Below are positions 46,636 to 56,498 of a stretch of DNA of 64,000 nucleotides, in pieces. Within the stretch, counting starts at the first letter, position 1, and the number at the start of each line of letters is the position of its first letter. Made by a program: the position numbers and the translations under genes. The stretch comes from Candidatus Latescibacterota bacterium (GTDB lineage Bacteria > Latescibacterota > UBA2968): NCBI GenBank assembly GCA_965116885.1, contig OZ220741.1, forward strand, positions 3,904,001 to 3,968,000, read 5' to 3'. The notes beneath the pieces were generated by a model that saw nothing but the letters and a program-made list of their open reading frames with translations, ran no database searches and was not told the origin of the DNA.

Positions 46636-48603
46636 TCATTGCTTACCCGGCAGATTTTTTGCACGGTTCACGAGATCATGGACATCCATGTATGGTTCGG
46701 GGGCTGTGGACCTCCAGACGACCTCGCCGGTCTCATCCAGCAGGACTGTGCCGTGCGCTGGGCCGGTGTGGGCCATTCCAAACCAGCCTGCCCATTTGCC
46801 AGCAGTGTCTGAGATAAGGCTCGACGACAGCGCAGCAACTCTCTCCTGGTCTGGATCGGATTCTGGCGTGATGATCACCAGATTGATGTCATTTTCCCGA
46901 AGCACCTCATCGAACAAACGCGCGTGCTCGTAACAATGCCCGCATTGAACGCCAGTGATGAATGTGACGACGGTCGTCTTGCCAGTGATCAAGCTGAGTT
47001 GCTCGGGATCTTCCACAACCAGGAACTGTCCCATCATCCCGTTGTCTTCGTGTTCCAGGATGTGGCAGTGGTACATGTATGGTACCTGAGGATCAGCATA
47101 TCGATCGAAGGCCATGATGATCCGAACGCGCTCACCTGGAGGCACCAGGACTGTGTCCTTCCAACCGAGGTCGGCACCTGTGGGCGGTTGGCCGTTGCGG
47201 TCGAGAATTTGAAACTGGACCGGATGGAGGTGGAAAGGGTGCGGCTGACCGCCGCGATTGTGTACTTCCCAAATCTCAATGTCTCCCAATCGCACGACCT
47301 CATCAATTCTCGCCATATCCATTGTCTTGCCGTTGATCGGTGGTCCCCCTCGACCTCCTCGACCTCCCCGTCCCCCTCGTCCTCCTTGTCCTCGTTCGCC
47401 TTGTAGAGCCTCCAGATTCCGGGTGATGCGTTGTTGTATGTTTTGTAGTCGTCCCCCTCGTCCCCCTCGTCGGGGTCCAGCCAAAACCATCGGACGGGTT
47501 TTGGCGGCGAGTGAGGGATCGATGCGGGAGATGGTGTTGAGGCGCTCTGGCAATGCGTGAGATGCACGATTTGTCGGCTGGGGAACGATCTTTAACAATT
47601 GCCGATTCCCCGTGCCGATTCCCCATAAAAACGATATAATCGTTCTCCGCAATCCTGCTTCTGGGTAGCTTTTCAACACCACCTCAGCACCGTCGCTGAA
47701 GTCAACCAGGATCTCGGCTCGCTCGCCGGGTGCGAGGATCACGCGGTTGGTTTGGAGGGGCGTCTCGAGGAATCCGCCATCTGTGGCGATCTGATGAAAC
47801 TCGCGGTTGTCGTCAAAGCCGATATAGTAGATACGCGCATTCGAGCCGTTTAACAGCCTGAATCGAATGCGACGCGACTCAACCTGGAGAAATGGATTAT
47901 AGGTCCCATTGATCAGCATGGTGTTTCCATAGACGGCTCCCTGATTTCGGGCAAAGCGAAACACACCATCGTTGTCAAACAGTCGATCCTGGAGCACGAT
48001 TGGAATGTCGTCAACGCCGTAGGTCTTTGGCAGGTCCAGCGCATCACTGTTATCGTCATCGATCCACAGGAGGCCAGCGACTCCCCGATAGACCTGCCGC
48101 CCCGTACTGCCATGCGAATGCGGGTGGTACCACAGCGGAGCGGCCTGTTGATCGACCGGAAAGCTGGCAGTCCATGATTCTCCAGGCTCGATTTTCTGAT
48201 GTGGTGTGCCGTCCATGCGAGCGGGAACGTGCATTCCGTGCCAGTGCATTGTCGTTATTTCATTCAGGTTGTTCTGGACGATGAGATCGACATCTTCGCC
48301 TCGACGCAGTCGTAGTGTCGGTCCCAGATACGGGCCGTTAACGCCAGCTGTCGGTGTTTGTTTACCGGGAAAGAACTCTCGGCTTCCTTCGGCAACGGTC
48401 AGGTGAAATTGCCGCCGCCCATCCACAACGGTTCCAAATAACTGTTCGGGAATCAGCAGTTTATTCTCAAAGGTCAACCCGCTATTTGTGGCTCGGATGA
48501 ACAACAGCCAGTAGCAGGTCGCGCCCAATAACAGTACGATAATCAACAGTTCTATTGTGGTTGGCTTCAGCCGTCGGGACCTGGTCACCGTATTTGCAGG
48601 CAT
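46636..48603 (-). CDS. Membrane-anchored multicopper oxidase (CueO-like) with C-terminal thioredoxin/peroxiredoxin-like domain
   Basis: HWHG, WYHPH, HPFHLH, HCHILEHEDNGM copper ligands; RGG insertion; C-terminal CGHC and LISD...WFG...GTVLLDETGEVVW. Confidence 0.92.
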   Translation of the reverse strand: MPANTVTRSRRLKPTTIELLIIVLLLGATCYWLLFIRATNSGLTFENKLLIPEQLFGTVVDGRRQFHLTVAEGSREFFPGKQTPTAGVNGPYLGPTLRLRRGEDVDLIVQNNLNEITTMHWHGMHVPARMDGTPHQKIEPGESWTASFPVDQQAAPLWYHPHSHGSTGRQVYRGVAGLLWIDDDNSDALDLPKTYGVDDIPIVLQDRLFDNDGVFRFARNQGAVYGNTMLINGTYNPFLQVESRRIRFRLLNGSNARIYYIGFDDNREFHQIATDGGFLETPLQTNRVILAPGERAEILVDFSDGAEVVLKSYPEAGLRRTIISFLWGIGTGNRQLLKIVPQPTNRASHALPERLNTISRIDPSLAAKTRPMVLAGPRRGGRGGRLQNIQQRITRNLEALQGERGQGGRGGRGGRGGRGGPPINGKTMDMARIDEVVRLGDIEIWEVHNRGGQPHPFHLHPVQFQILDRNGQPPTGADLGWKDTVLVPPGERVRIIMAFDRYADPQVPYMYHCHILEHEDNGMMGQFLVVEDPEQLSLITGKTTVVTFITGVQCGHCYEHARLFDEVLRENDINLVIITPESDPDQERVAALSSSLISDTAGKWAGWFGMAHTGPAHGTVLLDETGEVVWRSTAPEPYMDVHDLVNRAKNLPGKQ

Positions 48604-48664
48604 GCTTTCTCTTTATATGGGTGATCCGTATTGCGCGCTTGTGCGCGAGTGGTGTGACATCTTA

Positions 48665-48693
48665 TTTGACAGTAGAAATTCGTGGCGCGTTCC
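48665..48693 (-). promoter_or_regulatory. ECF (sigmaE-like) promoter GGAAC-N18-GTCAAA
   Basis: Minus strand reads GGAACGCGCCACGAATTTCTACTGTCAAA, 61 nt upstream of the oxidase ATG; matches 6108-6136. Confidence 0.6.
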
Positions 48694-48712
48694 ATTCATT
48701 GCACATCCTAAT

Positions 48713-48748
48713 AAAAAAAGGTCGTGAGATTAGTTCTCATGACCTTTT
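48713..48748 (-). terminator. Intrinsic terminator after the FAH gene
   Basis: AAAAGGTCGTGAGA-TTAGT-TCTCATGACCTTTT inverted repeat with T7 on the minus strand. Confidence 0.8.
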
Positions 48749-48801
48749 GACTTTGATTATTAAAAAACTAAGTTACAAGAGCTGAATTCGTCCAAGCTAT
48801 T

Positions 48802-49641
48802 TTACCAACGCCTCTTTAGCGAATCGTGGACACTGACCTCCAGGTGAGGACCGAATTCCTCGATCTCCAACCGGACCTTGAACCCATCCTGAATCGGTGA
48901 CAGGGCTTCGTGATGGGTGCCGGTTGCAACGACATCTCCTGGCTCCAGAGTGATGACGCTGGTAATTTCCTCCAGCAACTCGGGAATGTGGCGGGCCATA
49001 TCGCCTGTAGAAAAATTGTGTTTGAGGGTGTTGTTGACCCATAGCTTCACGGAAAGATCATTTGGATTTGATACCTCATCGGCAGTCACCAGAGCCGGTC
49101 CGAGGGGGGCAAATGTGTGCCAGCTTTTTCCCAGGAAGAAACCACCGGGCAATCCGCGAGCCGAAACATCTATGAACTGTGTGTAACCAAAGACGTGGTC
49201 CAGCGCGTCGGCTTGCGAGAGGTGGCTGGCCCTCTTGCCGATTACCAGAGCCAATTCTGGCTCAAAATGGAAAACACTCGCTTCGGCGTCCGGGAGTTCA
49301 ACCGTGCTGCCGGTAGGCATCACGCTGGTGTTGGCCTTGAGAAATCCATTGAACAGACCGCGCTCCGGATGCCCCGGCTCGATATAATTACCAGCGGCGC
49401 ACATGAGTTGGCCGGGGCGGGGTAGGGGCGATTGCAAAGTCACCGTATCGAGAGCGACACCATTCCCACCATCTATGGCACTTTCGATTCTGGACTGCAT
49501 GGCATCCCAATCAGTAATGATCATCTGCATCATTTCTTGGGCGTTGTGATGTCCCAGGTCTGCGACCGAATTACCAACTGGAATAACCGTATCGCCTTGC
49601 AAAACGCCCAGTTGAAAGTCATTGTAGAGTACGAGTTTCAT
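48802..49641 (-). CDS. Fumarylacetoacetate hydrolase family protein
   Basis: GNY, HFEPELA, DVSAR, GKSWHTFAPLGP, LEPGDVVATGT. Confidence 0.92.
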   Translation of the reverse strand: MKLVLYNDFQLGVLQGDTVIPVGNSVADLGHHNAQEMMQMIITDWDAMQSRIESAIDGGNGVALDTVTLQSPLPRPGQLMCAAGNYIEPGHPERGLFNGFLKANTSVMPTGSTVELPDAEASVFHFEPELALVIGKRASHLSQADALDHVFGYTQFIDVSARGLPGGFFLGKSWHTFAPLGPALVTADEVSNPNDLSVKLWVNNTLKHNFSTGDMARHIPELLEEITSVITLEPGDVVATGTHHEALSPIQDGFKVRLEIEEFGPHLEVSVHDSLKRRW

Positions 49642-49693
49642 GAGAGTTTCCTCCTGAAAAAAGATGTTAATATGGATTTAAAGGTTGGATGGG

Positions 49694-51691
49694 TTAAGCC
49701 TGATTGATCATCAACGCATTTACAGAGTGCGGAGAGAGCGATATCTTAAAGTTGGAGCCTCCAATTGGGATTTCGCGTGTGTTAATCGCAACTTTATTGG
49801 GTGAATCCCAGTCGTTTCGAGACATGTAACTCTCACCGGCAATGGTTTGGAGTTCTGCGGTATTAGCTGGGGCGAAGTTGCTGAGTTCGCAAGTGATCTC
49901 GATTTCTTCGGTGGGATGGCGATTTTGCGCCAGTATAATCAAGCCATTATCCCAGATCGCTGCAAGGGCGTCAATGTAAGGCAGGTTGGACCCCATCATG
50001 ATGGATTTAATGTTCGCTGTGAAGGTTGGTGATGAGGTGACGGAATGCACAAGGGTCGCCTCGGGAAGATTGCCGTAGAGGTGTGATACCCAGTGAACCG
50101 GAGCCGGGTAAACGATCTCCCGCTCCTTCTTCAGGCCACCTCCGTGATTTACCAACGCACTGTGGGTAAACATCTCGACGAGATCACCTTGCCGCATTGC
50201 GCTGTGTAACGCGCCTGCCAGATAGAGCGACTCCGCTTGTGTGGCATTCGTCGGTAAGTGGGGAACGCCACACATAATCTGATGCTCCGTGACGGCGATT
50301 TTCACATCCGGGTTGTACGGCGTAGCCTGAGCTTTTAATTCTTTGAGTTTATCATCGTACGAGGCGATATAGCCCATGAGGGACAGGTAAACCGCTTCGG
50401 CATCCTTTTCCCGACGCGCCCCGCCACCGGTAAGGGTGTGCAAAGATAGTGACCGGACGAGTTTTCCTTTCCGCTTGACCAGAGGCTTGTTCCATTCGAG
50501 TGACTGGCCATTGGCGATGATCAGCAATTCGGGATCGACCTGGAGCATCGCCGTGCGGAAGGCTTCGTACCTTTCGGCGTATTCTTCTGGCGTACAGTGA
50601 CCCATTTGCCAACGGCCGTATAGCTCATTTCCGATTTCCCAGTATCGAATGTTGTAGGGTTCTGGATGGCCGTATTCGGCTCTGAGTGCGCCGTTTGGTG
50701 TGTCGGTTCCGCCATTGCAGTATTCCACCCAATCCGCCGCTTCCTGTGGTGTTCCATTTCCCGCGTTCACGCAAATCAGTGGCTCACAGCCCACCGCCCT
50801 GCAGAAGTCTATGAACTCGTCTGTTCCAACGTGATTGGGTTCGATAATGGGCCACGCGGGATTTGGCAAAACGGGACGCTTGTCCGCGGGGCCAACACCA
50901 TCTCGCCAATGGTACCCCGATACAAAATTTCCTCCAGGATATCGCAGCAAGGGAAGGCGTGATTCTTTTAGTATTTGGATAACGTCCGGGTCAAAGCCAG
51001 AGATGTGATCGTCTGGAAAGAGAAATACCTGATCAATCCACACCTGGCCACGATTGGGAAGGCTGATCCGAAATTCAACTGCCTCACCTTTTTTGAGTGA
51101 ATCGGCTGGAAGTTGGAGATCGGCTGTGTAGGCGGACCAGTCGTCTGTAAGACCGGTTACTTCGGCTTGTGCAAGTACCTCGCCGGATGATGCTTTTGCG
51201 AGTGCGATTCGGATGGATTTGGCTTGCCCTCTTGCGTAGAAGGAGGCCGTGTAGCTCAATATCCTGTGGGCTGGCAAGTAGGTCGATTGGCGGATTCCCG
51301 CTTCAGACCCAGGGACTGTGATTCTCTGACTCGTGCGGGAGTTGTACGGGTTAAGCCAGTCAATGAGATAGGTCGCATCTTCTGAGCCGTAGGGCAGCCA
51401 TCGGTAGGCGATACCCCTTTCGTAGGCGGATCTGTGTCGCTCGATATCGAGGTCCCTTAGACGGTCGGCCTCTGGCGTCCAGATCCGGCTAAAGAAAGAC
51501 CAGTCTGCGAAGGAAGTGTTCTCTAAGATCTGCGCCCACATCCCATTGTAGATGTTGCGACCGAGATGCTCTGTGAATTTTCCGAAAAGATTTCGATTGA
51601 TGGGTTTATCCGCTTTCCGATTGCAATCAATGAATACACGAGCCTCACCATCGGTAGGCACGATTTGGATTAGAGGGTCAGAGTCGAGCAT
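49694..51691 (-). CDS. GH51 alpha-L-arabinofuranosidase family protein
   Basis: FGKFTEHLG, RYPGGNFVSGYHWRDGVGP, GTDEF, WEIGNE, VTE; GGAG RBS before 51691. Confidence 0.9.
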   Translation of the reverse strand: MLDSDPLIQIVPTDGEARVFIDCNRKADKPINRNLFGKFTEHLGRNIYNGMWAQILENTSFADWSFFSRIWTPEADRLRDLDIERHRSAYERGIAYRWLPYGSEDATYLIDWLNPYNSRTSQRITVPGSEAGIRQSTYLPAHRILSYTASFYARGQAKSIRIALAKASSGEVLAQAEVTGLTDDWSAYTADLQLPADSLKKGEAVEFRISLPNRGQVWIDQVFLFPDDHISGFDPDVIQILKESRLPLLRYPGGNFVSGYHWRDGVGPADKRPVLPNPAWPIIEPNHVGTDEFIDFCRAVGCEPLICVNAGNGTPQEAADWVEYCNGGTDTPNGALRAEYGHPEPYNIRYWEIGNELYGRWQMGHCTPEEYAERYEAFRTAMLQVDPELLIIANGQSLEWNKPLVKRKGKLVRSLSLHTLTGGGARREKDAEAVYLSLMGYIASYDDKLKELKAQATPYNPDVKIAVTEHQIMCGVPHLPTNATQAESLYLAGALHSAMRQGDLVEMFTHSALVNHGGGLKKEREIVYPAPVHWVSHLYGNLPEATLVHSVTSSPTFTANIKSIMMGSNLPYIDALAAIWDNGLIILAQNRHPTEEIEITCELSNFAPANTAELQTIAGESYMSRNDWDSPNKVAINTREIPIGGSNFKISLSPHSVNALMINQA

Positions 51692-51907
51692 AGATTGATC
51701 TCCAGGATTTGGATGATGGCGGTTGCATCCGAGTCCAGTAAACAGGGCCAATATAAGACATTTTCCCGGGGATTGAAAATCTGAATGATGGCTTGCGATT
51801 TCTTTTACAGGTACTATATTGAGAGGCCACACCGACTTTCAAACTCACGACGAAGGACATGCCTACTTTCAAGAACTGATTGAAAAGGCCATTGTTGAGG
51901 ATTAATT

Positions 51908-53581
51908 GTGATGCAAAAACTACCTGCCAATTTCATTTTTATTTTAAGCGATACACATCGTTACGACGCGATGTCATTTACAAACCCCTTGAAGGATCAT
52001 TTTGAAATTTATACGCCCAATATGGAGCGCATGGCGCAAGAAGGGGTTAGCTTTAAAAATTGTTATACGAATTTGCCCATCTGTTCGCCTGCAAGGGCGA
52101 TCTATCAAACGGGTCGATGGCCCTTTCAATGGGGCGGAATTGCAAATCACATGGATTTGAATGATCGAGTAGATGAAGAGAGTAATGAAAATAAGACGTT
52201 GGGATTTTTGTTTAAGAACGCGGGGTATTCAACTTTTCATGTTGGGAAATGGCATCAGGGTTTAGAGAACAATGCTCAAAATGCGGGATATGATGAATCG
52301 TATATATGGTCAAATGAGAGACATGACAGCATGATATATTGCCATAACGGCGGTGATTTTCAGGACCTGGATCCAGGGGATATTTTAGGAGATGGGAGCG
52401 ATATCCCATATACAGGCGTTTCGAAATGCGATACATTTTCTTTTCCAGCTTTCCCAAACCATCCGTATAAGATAATTGGTCAAACCGATCAAGCCCTCGC
52501 TTTACTGGACAGGCATGACATTGATGCGTCTCCTTTTTTTCTCACGCTTTGCATGCAAGATCCACACGGTCCATTTACGGGAACAGATAGCGCGCCGGAG
52601 TGGGGAGATTTTTCACATCGTTCTGACTATCCGGAATTGTATCGGCATGATGAAAATCATCCTGCAAAAGCCTTGAAACTCTATCAGAGCTACATAGACA
52701 ACCCCGTTTATATGCCATACGACCGCATCCGTAATGCGGTCAATAACTATGACTATTATGGCAGTATTACTGCGGTGGATGAGCAATTGGGGCGGGTTCT
52801 GGATTGGCTCGATAACCAGCCTGAAAGTGTTCGGGATAATACCATTGTCATCTATACGTCCGACCATGGTGCTATGGGTGGTGCCCAGAATGTTGCAGGA
52901 GGCCAAAAGAGATGGCCGCATGACCCTTCATCGAGAATACCGTTTCTCGTGCGCTGGCCTAAGGGTATTAAAAACCCCGGGCGGGAAGCGGATGAGCTAC
53001 TCTCATTCATTGATTTCTTTCCGACCTTTTGTCATTTGGCGGGATTAGACGAAATGTTGGCGGAAAAAAGTGATAAAGCGAGCCTGGAGTCTTTAGACTA
53101 TTTAAAAGCCTGTCCTGGTGTGAATCACAGTAGAAATATTATAGCAGAATCAGGCGGACCTGACCCCGATTCTGTATTTTTATTTCACTTTAGCAATATG
53201 AATTCAATATCGAGTCCTTGTCCTGTACATCGAACCGTTGTGACAAAGGACTGGGTCTATAGTGTCAAGGGAAAAACGCGCCTGGGGGGAAAACCGAATT
53301 GGACAGTGTGGGACGAACCCGGCGGTTGGCTGTACGACCGAGACAAAGATCCGTTTCAGATGGACAATTTGTTTTTTGATGAAAATTTTGAAGCCACTCG
53401 TACAGAGCTTCATTCTGTATTAAAAAACTGGATGAAAGAAGCAGAACTCCCATTTAGAAAAAGGTGGTTTGAGAAAACGACCCGCAAAAATATCGAAGCG
53501 TGGTCATCTGAATGTGGTATTCTCTCTGGAGACGAAAAAGCGATGAGAGCACAGGGCCAATCGTATGTCATGAATTTATGA
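51908..53581 (+). CDS. Sulfatase
   Basis: SDTHR, CSPARAIYQTG, GKWH, DPH, SDHG. Confidence 0.9.
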   Translation: MMQKLPANFIFILSDTHRYDAMSFTNPLKDHFEIYTPNMERMAQEGVSFKNCYTNLPICSPARAIYQTGRWPFQWGGIANHMDLNDRVDEESNENKTLGFLFKNAGYSTFHVGKWHQGLENNAQNAGYDESYIWSNERHDSMIYCHNGGDFQDLDPGDILGDGSDIPYTGVSKCDTFSFPAFPNHPYKIIGQTDQALALLDRHDIDASPFFLTLCMQDPHGPFTGTDSAPEWGDFSHRSDYPELYRHDENHPAKALKLYQSYIDNPVYMPYDRIRNAVNNYDYYGSITAVDEQLGRVLDWLDNQPESVRDNTIVIYTSDHGAMGGAQNVAGGQKRWPHDPSSRIPFLVRWPKGIKNPGREADELLSFIDFFPTFCHLAGLDEMLAEKSDKASLESLDYLKACPGVNHSRNIIAESGGPDPDSVFLFHFSNMNSISSPCPVHRTVVTKDWVYSVKGKTRLGGKPNWTVWDEPGGWLYDRDKDPFQMDNLFFDENFEATRTELHSVLKNWMKEAELPFRKRWFEKTTRKNIEAWSSECGILSGDEKAMRAQGQSYVMNL

Positions 53582-53618
53582 AAGCGATGTTCCTGTAATT
53601 TTTTTAAGCTGATTTCCC

Positions 53619-53678
53619 TTGATAAAGAAACGATCGCTTCATAGAAATCTTGACAAAGAAACGACCGTTTCTTTAATT
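53619..53678 (+). promoter_or_regulatory. Promoter with tandem palindromic operators upstream of fic
   Basis: TTGACA 53650; palindrome AAAGAAACG-AC-CGTTTCTTT 53655-53674; degenerate copy 31 nt upstream. Confidence 0.65.
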
Positions 53679-53707
53679 CTGGATCAGGAAAGGAGTGTTT
53701 CTCAGAC

Positions 53708-54865
53708 ATGATTCGCCAGACAGGTCAATACCGCATTACCAGCACTCTCGGAGAGAAGGTTCGCGCGTTTGTTCCTTATCCGCTACCTCCTGCCGATCCA
53801 CCGCTGGTGATAGATGACCTGACAGCCGAACTCCTTACAAACGCGCAGACAGAATTGGCACGTCTTGCAGTGGCGGGTTCTATGGTGCCGAGCACTGGTT
53901 GGTTCCTGTATGGCTTCGTTTGGAAGGAAGCGGTCATTACCTCGCAGATAGAAGGGACGCAAGCCACTCTCCGCGATGTTCTCACTTTCGAAGCCACGGA
54001 TCAGACAGATCGTCTGGACGATGTTCGAGAGGTCTGCAACTATGTGGATGCCCTCGTACACGCCCGAGGACAACTTTCAGACCCTCAGGGGCTGCCGCTG
54101 AGTATCCGTCTGCTATGCGATACCCATCGCATTCTGATGCGCGGCGTTCGTGGCGAGAACAAACAGCCCGGTGAAGTCCGCCGATCGCAAAACTGGATTG
54201 GCGGTAGCAGACCTGGCAACGCTCGCTTCGTTCCGCCACCGCCCGAGGAGGTTTCCACCGCGCTTGGAGCACTGGAGCAGTGGTTGCATGAAGATAGTGA
54301 ACTCCCCCCGCTGATTCGGATTGGGTTTGCACATGTGCAGTTCGAGACAATCCATCCATTCCTTGATGGCAATGGCCGCATCGGACGGTTGCTGATTGCA
54401 CTGCTGGTGGAACACTGGGATCTGCTCGAACAGCCGCTACTCTATCTCAGCCTGGCGTTCAAGCGTGCGCAGCAGGAATACTACGCGCGGCTTGCGGCCG
54501 TGCGTAGCAACGGTGATTGGGAAGGCTGGACCAGGTTTTTCCTTGGGTGCGTGCGCGAGGCCGCTGCCGACGGTGTTCGTGTCGCGCAGTCGCTCCATGC
54601 CCTTGTTGGGCGTGACCGCAGTCGCATCATCGCCCACGACCGATCGACTGTTGCCGCTATTCAGTTGCTCGAGCGCCTGCCGTTCAATCCAATCGTCACC
54701 GTTCCCAAAGCGTCGGGACTGCTCGGCTTGACCGCACCACCGACGCGCAAGGCAATTGAACTGCTGGAAAGCCTCGGTGTGCTACGCGAGATCACTGGCA
54801 AGCGGCGTGATCGTGTGTACGCCTATCACGAATACCTACAAATTCTGACGGGTGGCGAGGCGTGA
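53708..54865 (+). CDS. Fic family protein (class II) with C-terminal HTH
   Basis: HPFLDGNGRIGR; N-terminal inhibitory TSQIEG; C-terminal EITGKRRDRVY. Confidence 0.93.
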   Translation: MIRQTGQYRITSTLGEKVRAFVPYPLPPADPPLVIDDLTAELLTNAQTELARLAVAGSMVPSTGWFLYGFVWKEAVITSQIEGTQATLRDVLTFEATDQTDRLDDVREVCNYVDALVHARGQLSDPQGLPLSIRLLCDTHRILMRGVRGENKQPGEVRRSQNWIGGSRPGNARFVPPPPEEVSTALGALEQWLHEDSELPPLIRIGFAHVQFETIHPFLDGNGRIGRLLIALLVEHWDLLEQPLLYLSLAFKRAQQEYYARLAAVRSNGDWEGWTRFFLGCVREAAADGVRVAQSLHALVGRDRSRIIAHDRSTVAAIQLLERLPFNPIVTVPKASGLLGLTAPPTRKAIELLESLGVLREITGKRRDRVYAYHEYLQILTGGEA

Positions 54866-54897
54866 TCCAGGATACTCCGGAAAGGCTGTGTAGCGAT

Positions 54898-56466
54898 ATG
54901 AATTACGACTACATCATTGTTGGTGCGGGATCGGCAGGATGTGCTGTTGCTGGTCGTTTGAGTGAAAGTGGGCAGTATCGCGTTTTATTGTTGGAAGCCG
55001 GTGGACCGGATGATCGGGACGCGATTCACATTCCAGCGCGATTTCCAGACCTGTTTCATACAGATAAAGATTGGGATTATGAAACCACGCCGCAAGTCGG
55101 GTTTAATGGGCGACGGGATTACGTGCCGCGCGGCAAAATGTACGGCGGTTCGAGTTCTATCAATGCGATGGTCTATCAGCGAGGTCATCCGAGCGATTAC
55201 GATCAGTGGGCTGCGATGGGGAATGACGGCTGGGCGTATGTCGATGTGTTGCCCTATTTCAAGAAGATGCAGCACCAGACGCGGGGAGGCTCTGAATATC
55301 ATGGGACAGGAGGCCCGATTCATGTATCAGATCCTCGGGATCCAAATCCACTGAGTGTGGCATTTGTCAAAGCGGCTCAGCAGGTGGGATTCCGGCTGAA
55401 TCGAGACTTCAATGATGGGGATCAGGAAGGGTTTGGCCTGTACCAGGTTACACAGAAGGAAGGCCAGAGGTGCAGCGCGGCGGTGGGATATTTGTATCCG
55501 GCATTGGAGCGAGACAACTTCAGCGCGATTCCGTACGCTCACGTTACACACCTTGAATTTGATGGCAAAAGGTGTGTTGGCGTTCATTATATGCACGAAG
55601 GGCAAGTGCAGGAGGTTGAGGCTGGTAGAGAAGTGGTACTTTGTGGCGGGGCAATCAATTCTCCTCAGTTGCTGATGCTGTCGGGCATTGGTCCGTCAGA
55701 ACATCTCAATGAACTGGGTATTCCGGTTGTTAAGGCATTGCCGGGTGTGGGACAAAATTTGATGGAGCACGTTCAAGTCGGGATGGCGTATGCCTGTACT
55801 GAGGAGATTGCGCAGGCTGGCAAAGACAATCCTGAGCAAGCAATCAGATATCAGAACGAAAGAATGGGATTGCTCACTTCCAATTTGGGGGAAGCGGGAG
55901 GGTTCGTGAAATTGTCTGCCGATGCGTCTGCACCAGAATTGCAATTTCATTTTGGACCTGATTGGTTTGTTTTGCACGGGTCTCAAGAGATGGAAGGACA
56001 TGGATTCACAATTCTACCGGGGCTGGTGGGCACAAAAAGCGTGGGAGACCTTAAGCTGCGTTCGGCAGATCCGTTTGAAGCACCATTGATCGATCCCCAA
56101 TGCCTGGTTGAGGAGGCCGATATGCATGTGATGCTGGAAGGTGTTAAACTGGCGCGAGAAATTGTACGGGCACCGGCTTTTGACCGATATCGTGGACAAG
56201 AGTTCTTCCCGGGGAATGATGTGCAGGGTGATCGTGCACTGATTGACTTTATTCGCAATTATTCAACGACTATTTACCATCCAGTGGGTACATGTAAGAT
56301 GGGCAACGATGATATGGCTGTGGTGAACAATCGACTTCAGGTACACGGAATTGAGGGGTTGCGCGTAGCAGATGCTTCGATTATGCCATTCATTATCAAT
56401 GCAAATACCAATGCGCCGTGTATGATGATCGGGGAGAAAGCCGCAGATATGATTCTGGGTGGCTAA
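54898..56466 (+). CDS. GMC oxidoreductase (choline dehydrogenase-like)
   Basis: VGAGSAG, GGSSSINAMVYQRG, GAINSPQLLMLSGIG, HPVGTCKMG, NTNAP. Confidence 0.92.
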   Translation: MNYDYIIVGAGSAGCAVAGRLSESGQYRVLLLEAGGPDDRDAIHIPARFPDLFHTDKDWDYETTPQVGFNGRRDYVPRGKMYGGSSSINAMVYQRGHPSDYDQWAAMGNDGWAYVDVLPYFKKMQHQTRGGSEYHGTGGPIHVSDPRDPNPLSVAFVKAAQQVGFRLNRDFNDGDQEGFGLYQVTQKEGQRCSAAVGYLYPALERDNFSAIPYAHVTHLEFDGKRCVGVHYMHEGQVQEVEAGREVVLCGGAINSPQLLMLSGIGPSEHLNELGIPVVKALPGVGQNLMEHVQVGMAYACTEEIAQAGKDNPEQAIRYQNERMGLLTSNLGEAGGFVKLSADASAPELQFHFGPDWFVLHGSQEMEGHGFTILPGLVGTKSVGDLKLRSADPFEAPLIDPQCLVEEADMHVMLEGVKLAREIVRAPAFDRYRGQEFFPGNDVQGDRALIDFIRNYSTTIYHPVGTCKMGNDDMAVVNNRLQVHGIEGLRVADASIMPFIINANTNAPCMMIGEKAADMILGG

Positions 56467-56498
56467 AAATTGGCTACACACTTTGGAAAGGATCCTGT

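Noticed and set aside
47340..47475. G-rich repeats on the minus strand as a G-quadruplex or repeat element
   Set aside because: Fully explained by Gly/Arg codons of the oxidase insertion.
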